UHGV virus genome: UHGV-0159603
Direction: 5' to 3' (one strand)
Length of the DNA: 42,855 nucleotides
Source of the DNA: a virus
Under the pieces are notes generated by a model. It searched no databases, was not told where the DNA came from, and saw only the letters and a program-made list of their open reading frames with translations. Below, one piece after another: positions 18,521-28,024 of this stretch (positions within the stretch are counted from its first letter, which is position 1; each line of letters begins with the position of its first letter). The position numbers and the translations under genes are program-made.

Positions 18521-19216
18521 ATGAATTTATTTGAGCGTTTGCTGTATCGCCATCTTTGCAATGAGCAACCAGTCGATGGTGGAGCAGCTCCGGCTGCGTC
18601 AGAACCGTCAGCGCCTGCAGGTGATAACCCTGCTCCAGTTGGTGATCCATCACAACAGGAAGGTGATAAGCCACAACCTGTTGCTGATGGCGATAAACCT
18701 GCTGATGACAAAAAGCCTGAAAACGATAAGCAGGATGAAAAAAAGGACGGCGATAAACCAGAGGGTGCGCCTGAGAAGTACGAGTTTCAGGCTGCCGAAG
18801 GCGTAGAGCTGGATACAGAAGCGTTGAAGGAATTCGAGCCGGTGGCGCGAGAACTTAACCTGACCAACGAGCAAGCGCAAAAGCTGGTTGATGCTTATCC
18901 GAAGATTCTGGCAGGTGTTCAGCAGCGCCAGGCAGAAGCCTGGCAGAAAACAACCGAGCAGTGGGCTGCGGATGTAAAAGCTGACAAAGAAATCGGTGGC
19001 GACAAGTTGATTTCTAACCTTAGCGTCGCACAGCGTGCGCTTGACCAGTTCGGGACACCTGAACTCAAAGAATATCTGAACACCACCGGGCTGGGTAATC
19101 ACCCTGATCTGGTCAAAACGTTCGTGAAAATCGGAAAGGCGATGTCTGAAGATGGCATGGTCACCGGTGGTAATGAAGGCCAGCGTAGTGCGGCCGAAGT
19201 GCTCTATGGCAAATAA
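18521..19216 (+). CDS. Scaffolding protein (acidic, low complexity)
   Basis: Highly acidic K/D/E/P-rich N-terminus, between portal and capsid genes; ATG 18521 after AGGAG. Confidence 0.5.
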   Translation: MNLFERLLYRHLCNEQPVDGGAAPAASEPSAPAGDNPAPVGDPSQQEGDKPQPVADGDKPADDKKPENDKQDEKKDGDKPEGAPEKYEFQAAEGVELDTEALKEFEPVARELNLTNEQAQKLVDAYPKILAGVQQRQAEAWQKTTEQWAADVKADKEIGGDKLISNLSVAQRALDQFGTPELKEYLNTTGLGNHPDLVKTFVKIGKAMSEDGMVTGGNEGQRSAAEVLYGK

Positions 19217-19230
19217 GAGAGGAAATGACA

Positions 19231-20217
19231 ATGGCTGTTAAAGGCTTAACTGCGCTAACGCTGGCTGACTGGGGTAAGCGCGTCGATCCAAACGGGAAAG
19301 TCGATAAGATTATCGAGCTTCTCGGTCAAACTAACCCGATCCTTCAGGATATGCCTTTTGTCGAAGGGAACCTTCCTACCGGACACCGAACCACCATTCG
19401 TTCTGGTTTACCTTCAGCTACCTGGCGTTTGCTGAACTATGGCGTACAGCCAAGCAAATCAACCACAGTGCAGGTAACCGATTCCGTTGGCATGCTGGAA
19501 ACCTATGCTGAAGTCGATAAGTCACTGGCTGATCTGAACGGCAATACCGCTGAATTCCGCCTGTCTGAAGACCGCGCATTTATTGAAGCGATGAATCAGC
19601 AGATGGCGCAGACGCTGTTTTATGGTGATTCCAGCGTTAACCCTCAGCAGTTTATGGGACTGTCCTCCCGCTATTCCAGCCTGTCTGCGGGTAATGCTCA
19701 GAACATCATTGATGCTGGTGGCACGGGTACAGATAACACCTCAATCTGGTTAGTGGTGTGGGGCGAAAACACCGTGCATGGCATCTTCCCGAAAGGGAAG
19801 AAGGCTGGCATCCAGATGGAAGATAAAGGCCAGGTGACACTGGAAGATGCGAATGGCGGCAAGTACGAAGGCTACCGTACCCATTACAAATGGGACAACG
19901 GACTTGCTCTGCGTGACTGGCGTTATGTTGTTCGCATTGCAAACATCGATGTCAGCAATCTTTCAGAACCTTCTTCTGCCGCAAATATTGCGAAGTTGAT
20001 GGTTAAAGCACTGCATCGCATTCCAAACCGTGGCATGGGGCGTCCAGTGTTCTACATGAACCGCACTGTAGGCCAGGCTCTTGATCTGCAATCTCTGGAG
20101 AAAACATCTCTGGCGATCAGCGTAAAAGAGACAGAAGGCGAGTGGTGGACTTCATTCCGTGGTGTACCAATCCGTGAAACTGATGCGCTTCTGGAAACAG
20201 AAGCCCGCGTGGTGTAA
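19231..20217 (+). CDS. Major capsid protein (putative)
   Basis: About 330 aa ORF directly after scaffold gene; alternative start 19225. Confidence 0.55.
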   Translation: MAVKGLTALTLADWGKRVDPNGKVDKIIELLGQTNPILQDMPFVEGNLPTGHRTTIRSGLPSATWRLLNYGVQPSKSTTVQVTDSVGMLETYAEVDKSLADLNGNTAEFRLSEDRAFIEAMNQQMAQTLFYGDSSVNPQQFMGLSSRYSSLSAGNAQNIIDAGGTGTDNTSIWLVVWGENTVHGIFPKGKKAGIQMEDKGQVTLEDANGGKYEGYRTHYKWDNGLALRDWRYVVRIANIDVSNLSEPSSAANIAKLMVKALHRIPNRGMGRPVFYMNRTVGQALDLQSLEKTSLAISVKETEGEWWTSFRGVPIRETDALLETEARVV

Positions 20218-20233
20218 CGCCTGTTATTAACCT

Positions 20234-20253
20234 GTGGGTCGTAACAGACCCAC
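20234..20253 (+). other. Hairpin GTGGGTC-GTAACA-GACCCAC immediately after capsid gene (no T-tract)
   Basis: Perfect 7-bp stem; possible RNA processing or attenuation element. Confidence 0.3.
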
Positions 20254-20268
20254 TAATGGAGAAAGAAG

Positions 20269-20706
20269 ATGATCACCGACAAACTGTTGATGTTCTCCGA
20301 AGCTCAGGCGGTTACGAATACCGCGGCTTCTACTGACGTAATCGATCTCGGTCCAATTGACGGAAAACGTCGTGATATCGGCGTGGGTTACCCGCTTGAG
20401 TTTTGGGCGCTGGTTAACACAGCCGCCGCGGCAAGCGGTGATGCAACTGTAAACATCCAGTTGCAGACGAGTGAGAATAACAGCTCATGGACCACTATTT
20501 ATGATAGTGGCGCACTGGCAAAGACCGCCCTGACAGCAGGTAAACGAGTTGTTTCTGCAAAGGTGCCTGCCGGTGTTCAGCGATATCTGCGTGTTAACTA
20601 CTCCGTCGCAACTGGCCCACTAACGGCTGGCGAATTCACTGCTGGTATCAGTCTTGATGTTGATGCCAATACGCCGTATCCGATCCGCTCAAAAGTAACT
20701 GGTTAA
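20269..20706 (+). CDS. Hypothetical virion protein (possible minor capsid/decoration)
   Basis: Position within head module; RBS GGAGAAAG. Confidence 0.4.
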   Translation: MITDKLLMFSEAQAVTNTAASTDVIDLGPIDGKRRDIGVGYPLEFWALVNTAAAASGDATVNIQLQTSENNSSWTTIYDSGALAKTALTAGKRVVSAKVPAGVQRYLRVNYSVATGPLTAGEFTAGISLDVDANTPYPIRSKVTG

Positions 20707-20716
20707 GGTGATATCG

Positions 20717-21052
20717 ATGTCAGGTGAGAAACCAAGATACCGCGTTCTGCGCCTCTCTCATATCCATAACACTCTGTGGCCGGAGGGGGCAGAAATCGAA
20801 TACGAAGGTGAGCCTGGTAGCGCACTGGAACCTGTTAACGATGCAGCCAGACAGGCAAAAGCAAAAGTTGCAGGAAAGGTGTCAATGGCAGCAACCAGCA
20901 CCAAAATCATCAACGATGTGTCAGATGATGGTGAACTGGATAAGCTCCGTGAAGAGTACGAATTGCTCTTTAACGAGAAGCCACACCATAACGCCAAAGC
21001 CGAAACGCTCCGCGAGAAGATCGCAGATAAGCGTAAAGAACTGGGCGTGTAA
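20717..21052 (+). CDS. Hypothetical phage protein
   Basis: ATG 20717 preceded by AAGGTGA. Confidence 0.4.
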   Translation: MSGEKPRYRVLRLSHIHNTLWPEGAEIEYEGEPGSALEPVNDAARQAKAKVAGKVSMAATSTKIINDVSDDGELDKLREEYELLFNEKPHHNAKAETLREKIADKRKELGV

Positions 21053-21070
21053 GCCTCGCGGATCAGACAA

Positions 21071-21090
21071 GGGGCTTCGGCCCCTTTATT
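21071..21090 (+). terminator. Rho-independent terminator after capsid gene block (T-phi-like position)
   Basis: GGGGC-TTCG-GCCCC followed by TTTATT. Confidence 0.65.
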
Positions 21091-21102
21091 GCAGGAGTGT
21101 AT

Positions 21103-21426
21103 ATGGAACTCGTAAACCTCAAAACCGGCACTGACAGCTACCAGGATGAGAGCGGAGAAACCAGAACTCGCGATGAATACCCGTGGGGGCTGTGCATCAC
21201 TCTTAATAACGACACATTGAATAAGCTGAAGGCGCAACCTCAGGGCGTCGGAACAGAAGTGATGATAACTGCAAAGGCTGTTATTCGAGGCCTGTCTGCC
21301 AGAGAAACTGACGATGGTGTTAATCGCAGCGCCGATCTGCAGATCACTGATATGGCGATCGCTCCTGTTTCCGGGGATGTAGAAAAATCAGCGGCTGAAA
21401 CTCTGTACGGCAATGGGGGGGAGTAA
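21103..21426 (+). CDS. Hypothetical virion protein
   Basis: ATG 21103 preceded by AGGAG. Confidence 0.4.
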   Translation: MELVNLKTGTDSYQDESGETRTRDEYPWGLCITLNNDTLNKLKAQPQGVGTEVMITAKAVIRGLSARETDDGVNRSADLQITDMAIAPVSGDVEKSAAETLYGNGGE

Positions 21427-22031
21427 TGGCCTCTGTAGTAGAGATCTGCAATCGTGCGCTGTCCAATATTGGCAATAGCCGCAGCATTAACAGCCTGACG
21501 GAAGCCAGCAAGGAAGTGGGGGAATGTTCGCTGCACTTTGAGGCCTGCCGTGATGCTGTGCTTTCTGATTTTGACTGGAACTTTGCTACCAAACGCGTGG
21601 CGCTTGCAGATACGAGCAATCCACCGCCTGACTGGGAATATGCGTATCAGTACCCGTCCGATTGTCTGCGCATTACTGAAATTATGCTTCCTGGTGTACG
21701 CAATCCAACAGCAGCAATGCGCGTTCAGTACGAAGTTGGTGCAGACACCAACGGAACAGGAAAGTTGATCTACACAGACCAGCCGCAGGCATGGCTCAAG
21801 TATGTCTCTCGCGTTTCAGATGTGAACATGTTTGATGCCATTTTTATGGAGGCGTTGGCCTGGCGTCTTGCGGCAGCTATTAACATGGCGCTGACTGGGA
21901 ATGCAGACCTCGGTACGTTTGCCCTCAATATGTACAATCGCGTGATTCTTAGTGCTGGCTCGCATAGCCAGAATGAATCACAGGAACCACTGCCACCGGT
22001 TGACGAGTTTACCATTGCGAGGTTGTCCTGA
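21426..22031 (+). CDS. Tail tubular protein A (T7 gp11-like)
   Basis: N-terminus ICNRALSNIGNSRSINSL resembles gp11 NDILASIGEPPVSTL; about 200 aa followed by about 800 aa partner. Confidence 0.5.
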   Translation: MASVVEICNRALSNIGNSRSINSLTEASKEVGECSLHFEACRDAVLSDFDWNFATKRVALADTSNPPPDWEYAYQYPSDCLRITEIMLPGVRNPTAAMRVQYEVGADTNGTGKLIYTDQPQAWLKYVSRVSDVNMFDAIFMEALAWRLAAAINMALTGNADLGTFALNMYNRVILSAGSHSQNESQEPLPPVDEFTIARLS

Positions 22032-24502
22032 TGGCTATCAGTTGGATCCAGCCCAGCTTTGCCGGTGGTGAGATTGGACCGTCGTTGTACGGTCGTATCG
22101 ACATGGCGAAGTACCAGGTGGCATTGCGCAAGTGCGATAACTTTATCGTGCGGCAGTATGGCGGAGTTGAGAATCGACCTGGTACGCGTTTTGTCGGTGC
22201 CGCCAAATACCCAAATCGGAAATGCCGCCTGATCCCGTTCCAGTTCTCGACGGTTCAGACTTATGCTCTGGAGTTCGGACACCAGTACATGCGCGTTATC
22301 AAAGATGGTGCGTTGGTGCTGAACAGCAGCAATGTTATTTATGAAATTGCCACGCCATATACTGAAGCCGATCTGTTCCGAATTAAATTCACGCAAAGCG
22401 CCGACGTGCTTACGCTGGTTCACCCTGCATACCCGCCGAAAGAGTTGCGCCGATATGCTCATGACAACTGGCAACTGGTTGATGTGGTAACGAAGAACGG
22501 TCCATTTGAAGATATCAATATTGACGAGTCAGTGACGGTTTATGCCAGCGCCAGCACCGGGACAATTACGTTAACGGCAAGCGCCTCTATTTTTGGCGCG
22601 GAGCAGGTAGGCAAATTGTTCTATCTGGAACAGCCTGTAGTGGATTCAGTGCCGGTATGGGAAACCAGTAAGAGTACGTCGATTGGCGATATTCGCCGTG
22701 CAGACAGTAACTACTATCGAGCCGTTACAGCAGGCAAAACAGGCACTTTGCGCCCTTCGCATACAGAAGGCACATCATGGGATGGCTGGGGCGGATCCGG
22801 TGATGATGATACTGGCATTGAGTGGGAGTATCTGCACAGTGGTTTTGGCATTGCCCGTATAACTGCTGTAAATGGCACTACTGCAACTGCTGAGGTGATT
22901 TCCTATATCCCTTCGCAGGTAGTTGGCGAGGATAATGCCAGCTATAAATGGGCTAAATATGCCTGGAACAGTGTTAATGGTTATCCCGGCACTGTTGTTT
23001 ATTATCAACAGCGTCTTTACTTCGCCGCATCGACTGCGTTCCCTCAGACTATCTGGGCCAGCCGTACCGGGGATTATAAGGATTTTGGCAAAAGCAATCC
23101 TACGCAGGATGACGACAGAATTATCTACACCTATGCCGGGCGTCAGGTTAATGAGATCCGCCACCTGATTGATGTTGGTTCGCTGGTGGCGCTGACTTCC
23201 GGAGGTGAGTACGTCATCACCGGCGACCAGAACAAAGTGTTAACCCCATCATCATTTGCATTCAGCTCTCAGGGATCAAATGGCTCGAGCAATGTCCCAC
23301 CAATTGCCGTGGCGAATATTGCTCTGTTCGTACAGGAGAAAGGCAGTGTTGTCCGTGATCTGGCCTACTCATTCGATGTTGACGGCTATCAGGGGAACGA
23401 CCTTACTATCCTTGCCAATCATCTTTTTCAGAAGCACAGCATTGTTGACTGGTGCTTCTCTATTGTCCCTTACTCCAGCGCCTTCTGCATTCGTGATGAC
23501 GGTAAATTACTGGTGATGACCTATTTGCGTGATCAACAGGTTTTTGCATGGGCACCACAGTCCAGTACCGGAAAATATGAAAGCACATGCAGTATCAGCG
23601 AAGGCAATGAAGATGCGGTGTATTTCGTCATTAACCGAACCGTTAACGGGCAAACAGTGAGATACATCGAGCGACTGTCCAGCCGTTTATTTACCAGCGA
23701 TGAAGATGCTTTCTTTGTTGATTCTGGCCTTAGCTATGATGGAAGAAATACGTCTGACAGAACGATGACCATCACTGGTGGTTCTGGTGAATGGGATTAC
23801 CGTGCGGAATATACAATCAGTGTTTCTGGTGGTGCGTACTTCACCAGTAGTGATGTCGGCGCGCAACTACAGTTCCCTTATACCGGAACTGATCCTGATA
23901 CTGGCGATGAAGTGTCAAAAGAATTACGTTGCGACATTATTTCTGTAACCAGCAATACCGCTGTAGTGGTTCGTGCTAACAGGAACGTCCCGCCATCCCT
24001 CAGGAATGTGGCCACCACGAACTGGCAGATGGCGCGCCGGACATTTGGAGGCCTGTCTCATCTTGAAGGCCAGGCCGTAAACATTCTCTCTGATGCGAAC
24101 GTGGAACCACAGAAAGTGGTTTCCGGAGGTGCCGTCACGCTGGAATCACCGGGGGCTGTTGTGCACATCGGCCTGCCAATAACTGCTGAATTCGAAACAC
24201 TGGATATCAACATTAACGGACAGGAAACGCTACTGGACAAAAAACAGGTGATCCCATCCGTTACTCTGGTTGTGAATGCCAGCCGCGGCATCTGGGCGAC
24301 TACGCCCGGCGGTAAATGGTACGAATATCCACAGCGTGAATTCGAGTTCTACGATGATCCTGTTGATGATGCTACCGGAAAAGTAGAAGTGAAACTGGAC
24401 AGTAACTGGGGCAAAAACGGACGTGTAAGAATCCGTCAGCTTGACCCGTTGCCGCTGTCTGTTCTTGCCGTTATTCCTCGCCTTACTGTTGGGGGATTCT
24501 GA
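22031..24502 (+). CDS. Tail tubular protein B (T7 gp12-like)
   Basis: 823 aa immediately downstream of gp11-like gene. Confidence 0.5.
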   Translation: MAISWIQPSFAGGEIGPSLYGRIDMAKYQVALRKCDNFIVRQYGGVENRPGTRFVGAAKYPNRKCRLIPFQFSTVQTYALEFGHQYMRVIKDGALVLNSSNVIYEIATPYTEADLFRIKFTQSADVLTLVHPAYPPKELRRYAHDNWQLVDVVTKNGPFEDINIDESVTVYASASTGTITLTASASIFGAEQVGKLFYLEQPVVDSVPVWETSKSTSIGDIRRADSNYYRAVTAGKTGTLRPSHTEGTSWDGWGGSGDDDTGIEWEYLHSGFGIARITAVNGTTATAEVISYIPSQVVGEDNASYKWAKYAWNSVNGYPGTVVYYQQRLYFAASTAFPQTIWASRTGDYKDFGKSNPTQDDDRIIYTYAGRQVNEIRHLIDVGSLVALTSGGEYVITGDQNKVLTPSSFAFSSQGSNGSSNVPPIAVANIALFVQEKGSVVRDLAYSFDVDGYQGNDLTILANHLFQKHSIVDWCFSIVPYSSAFCIRDDGKLLVMTYLRDQQVFAWAPQSSTGKYESTCSISEGNEDAVYFVINRTVNGQTVRYIERLSSRLFTSDEDAFFVDSGLSYDGRNTSDRTMTITGGSGEWDYRAEYTISVSGGAYFTSSDVGAQLQFPYTGTDPDTGDEVSKELRCDIISVTSNTAVVVRANRNVPPSLRNVATTNWQMARRTFGGLSHLEGQAVNILSDANVEPQKVVSGGAVTLESPGAVVHIGLPITAEFETLDININGQETLLDKKQVIPSVTLVVNASRGIWATTPGGKWYEYPQREFEFYDDPVDDATGKVEVKLDSNWGKNGRVRIRQLDPLPLSVLAVIPRLTVGGF

Positions 24503-24966
24503 TGATCGATGTTCGAATTATTCCCGCCACCGAAGAGCATCTTCAGATGATTTTGCCGGATGTTCGTCAGGCTGATATTGACGAACTGTATGCGGTATCG
24601 CTGATGACTACCGAAGATGCGCTGCGTGTTGGTCTTCGCACTGCGACTATGGCCTGGTCAGGGTTCGCGAACGGAGAACTGGTAACCATGTTTGGTGTAT
24701 CTCCGGCGTCAATGATCGGTGGCAATGGTACGCCATGGCTGGTAGGAACCAGCCGTATTGAAAAATATCAGAAGACATTTCTGCGCCACTGCCGCCCTGT
24801 ATTGCAGCAGATGCTGGCAGTTTATCCGCGCCTGGAAAACTACGTCGACGAGCGAAACCATGTTGCCAAAGCATGGCTGCACTGGCTTGGATTCAGGCTT
24901 GAAGAAGCCGCGCCTTATGGTGCTCTTGGTCTTAATTTCCACAGATTTCACATGGAGAGAAAATAA
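24502..24966 (+). CDS. Hypothetical virion protein (gp13-like position)
   Basis: Translationally coupled within tail/ejection block. Confidence 0.4.
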   Translation: MIDVRIIPATEEHLQMILPDVRQADIDELYAVSLMTTEDALRVGLRTATMAWSGFANGELVTMFGVSPASMIGGNGTPWLVGTSRIEKYQKTFLRHCRPVLQQMLAVYPRLENYVDERNHVAKAWLHWLGFRLEEAAPYGALGLNFHRFHMERK

Positions 24967-25511
24967 TGTGCGATCCGGTTATTGCTGGTGGCGCAATGCT
25001 CGCCATGAGTGGCATTCAGGCATACACCCAGTACCAACAGGGAAAGTATGCCTCGAAGGTTGCAGAAGCGAACGCAGATATAGCCACAGCTCAGGCAAAT
25101 GATGCAATAAACAGAGGTAACGCTGAAGCTGAGCAACGACGCAGAGAGACCCGACAGCGGCTTGGTACACAGGCGGCGACAATGGGGGCTACCGGCGCTG
25201 ATTTATCTACAGGTAACGCGCTGGATATATTTGGCGACACTGCCCAGTTTGGCGCTCTTGATTCGCTGACGACGGTGAATAACGCGCAACGCGAGGCTTA
25301 CGGTTATCAGGTTCAGGCTGCCAACTATAAAGCAGAAGCCAGTTCAGCCCGTAAACAGGGGAATGTGGGAGCAGCAACAACATTGCTCACTGCGCCTCTG
25401 AAGGCATACGGTGCGTACCAGATGTTTGGTGGGACGTGGAGTCCGTTTACTCAAAGCACTCCTGCGCCAATCGGGGCAGCAGCAGGAACCAGATTACCCG
25501 GAGGATTATAA
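24966..25511 (+). CDS. Internal virion protein (gp14-like position)
   Basis: Ala/Gly/Gln-rich 181 aa protein before large ejection proteins. Confidence 0.4.
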   Translation: MCDPVIAGGAMLAMSGIQAYTQYQQGKYASKVAEANADIATAQANDAINRGNAEAEQRRRETRQRLGTQAATMGATGADLSTGNALDIFGDTAQFGALDSLTTVNNAQREAYGYQVQAANYKAEASSARKQGNVGAATTLLTAPLKAYGAYQMFGGTWSPFTQSTPAPIGAAAGTRLPGGL

Positions 25512-28024
25512 TGCCAGTCGTACCAACAGTATCCGGACGTCAGGTTGAGAGTCGTGGAGTTCAGTCAGCAGGCTTGCAGACGTTTTCTCAGCCAGGTATT
25601 GGTGATGCTTTTGTTCGGGCAGGGGAAGAGGCAATTGATGTTTTTGGTCAGGCAAAACAGCGTGCCAATATCGCTCTGGCTCAGGAGGCATCTCTTAACC
25701 TCAGTCAGATAAGCAGCGATTTGCTGAATAACCCTGAAACAGGTTTGCTTAACCTGAAAGGGAAAAATGCTATTGGAAAAGGTCAGGAGTATACGCAGCA
25801 GTTTGATGCCCAGGTCGAGCAACTGGCTATGTCGCTGCCGGATGAACAGGCTCGTAATGCTTTCATGCAGCAGGCGCAGCAGCAGCGCATTCAGTTCACT
25901 ACACAGGCCGGGCGGCACGAGATAGGGCAAATAAATGCATACGAAGAAGGCCAGTTTCAGGCTACGCTGCTGAACAATGGTAAAAATGCCGCAGCATTGT
26001 ATGGCGACAACGCCGCATACGTATTGGCTAATAAGCAAACTTTCCAGCAAATTGAGGATTACGGCATTGCGCATGGCTGGAGCGACGAGCAAATCCAGGC
26101 CAAGAAAGTCGAGTTTAAAGAGAAGGTTGCTGATGCTGCATTGTCACAGTGGTCGGCAAACAATGCGACCGCATTCATCCAAAGTAATGGCGAATTAAGT
26201 GATACTGCTTCTGGAGCTCGCCGTGCTGTAGCAGATAGTGGCTCTTCCGAGCGTGTCCGTGGCATACGCAACAATAACCCCGGAAATCTCGAATACAGCA
26301 AAACTAATCCGTGGGTAGGCCAGACCGGTGATGATGGTAGATTTGCTAAATTCGAAACACCTGAACACGGGATTCGTGCATTAGGGCGGAACCTGATGTC
26401 GTATCAGCGGCAGGGTATTGATACCGTCAGCGAGATAATTAATCGCTGGGCACCGCCTACTGATAAAAATGACACTATGTCGTATATCAAAGCAGTGTGC
26501 GAACAACTTGGCGTTTCTGCTGATGAGCCTCTCGATGCATCAAATCCTGATACCCTGAAGGCGCTTTGTGCAGCCATTATCCATCATGAGAACGGTAGCC
26601 AGCCATACAGTGATCAGCAGTTAACTGCTGGTGTCAGTGCAGCACTTGGTTTATCAACAATTCCAACCAACACCAAACGCTATACCGGTAATGCAGCATT
26701 CGATGCGGCATCTCCTGAGGCTCAGGCAAGTTTTATGCGGCAGGCGGATCAACTGCGTCGGCAGCAGCAGGCTGAATATAAAACGATGATTGACAGCCAG
26801 GTTCGCGATGCGACGGCTGCGTATATGCGTGGCGTTGAATTTCCTAACCCACCTAGTGAGGATGATTTTATTGCAGCTTATGGAGTCAGAGAAGGAAACC
26901 TGCGATATACCGAGTTTAAGAATACGCAGATCGCCGGACAGTATATAGGCTCTTTCCGCAACATGCCGACAAGCAGCATTACAGCATATGTTGAGCAATT
27001 ACGCCCGGATACTGGTGATACAGGGGAGGGGTATGCGGCACGCGCAGCTCTTTATGACAACGTTGTTTCGGCTGCAAATCAGGTGATAAAGCAGCGGCAG
27101 TCGGATCCTGTGCAGTTCTCTCTTGCCTCCGGACAGGCAAAGCCTATCGACATGAGCAATAAGGATAACTTTGGACAGAGCGTTGCCTTGCGTGCCGCTC
27201 AGGTCAGTGACCTTGCTAAGTCATATGGCACTCCACTGACGTTCTTTTCCAAAGACGAGGCCAATCAGATCAGTGTTTTCTTTCGTGATGCTCCAGTTTC
27301 CCAACAGGCAGCATATCTCGATACCATCAGGCAGAGCACTGGTGGTGGGCAGGTGTATATGTCAGCACTACAGCAGATCAGTGCCAACGCTCCATCTGCT
27401 GCCGTTGCCGGGATACTGATGGATAAGCCTGGTGGTATTTTGGCAGAAAAAAACTGGTTTAATCCGGATGTTTCCGTGTCTCCTGAAACCGCTGCGCAGA
27501 CAATTCTTGCTGGCGCGGCGGCTCGTAAAGGTACTGATGATGCGAAAGGTATTCCGATGCCTAAAGATGCTGATCTTCGCCTTGAGTTTTCTGACATGGT
27601 GAAGGATGCATTTGCTGGTGACGCTCAGGGGGCATCAATGGCATACGAGATCGCAAAGGATTATTACGCTGGTGTGATGGCGAAAAAAGGCGTGGTATCA
27701 GGCGAAATTGACAATGATATCTGGAAACAGGCTGTTAACGTAGCTACAGGTGGCGTGCATGACTATAACGGAATGGGGAATGTTCTTTTGCCGTGGGGAA
27801 TGTCTGCAGAGCAATTCGATAAGCAGGTTAATCAGGCTTGGAATGAACAAGTTGTTGGCACAGGGATAAAAACACCGCCTGGTCAGTATGGTTTGCAAAG
27901 TTACGGCGATAGTCAGTACCTGGTGAAACTTGGTACTGGTTATCTGCTAAAAGATGATGGTTCTCCCGTTGTTCTTGATCTGACACAGAAGCGTCAGAGA
28001 TTCTCCGGAGATATTCCGCAATGA
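25511..28024 (+). CDS. Internal virion/ejection protein carrying conserved RNNNPGNL domain
   Basis: Size and order consistent with T7 gp15/gp16-type core proteins; ATG 25511 after GGAGGA. Confidence 0.5.
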   Translation: MPVVPTVSGRQVESRGVQSAGLQTFSQPGIGDAFVRAGEEAIDVFGQAKQRANIALAQEASLNLSQISSDLLNNPETGLLNLKGKNAIGKGQEYTQQFDAQVEQLAMSLPDEQARNAFMQQAQQQRIQFTTQAGRHEIGQINAYEEGQFQATLLNNGKNAAALYGDNAAYVLANKQTFQQIEDYGIAHGWSDEQIQAKKVEFKEKVADAALSQWSANNATAFIQSNGELSDTASGARRAVADSGSSERVRGIRNNNPGNLEYSKTNPWVGQTGDDGRFAKFETPEHGIRALGRNLMSYQRQGIDTVSEIINRWAPPTDKNDTMSYIKAVCEQLGVSADEPLDASNPDTLKALCAAIIHHENGSQPYSDQQLTAGVSAALGLSTIPTNTKRYTGNAAFDAASPEAQASFMRQADQLRRQQQAEYKTMIDSQVRDATAAYMRGVEFPNPPSEDDFIAAYGVREGNLRYTEFKNTQIAGQYIGSFRNMPTSSITAYVEQLRPDTGDTGEGYAARAALYDNVVSAANQVIKQRQSDPVQFSLASGQAKPIDMSNKDNFGQSVALRAAQVSDLAKSYGTPLTFFSKDEANQISVFFRDAPVSQQAAYLDTIRQSTGGGQVYMSALQQISANAPSAAVAGILMDKPGGILAEKNWFNPDVSVSPETAAQTILAGAAARKGTDDAKGIPMPKDADLRLEFSDMVKDAFAGDAQGASMAYEIAKDYYAGVMAKKGVVSGEIDNDIWKQAVNVATGGVHDYNGMGNVLLPWGMSAEQFDKQVNQAWNEQVVGTGIKTPPGQYGLQSYGDSQYLVKLGTGYLLKDDGSPVVLDLTQKRQRFSGDIPQ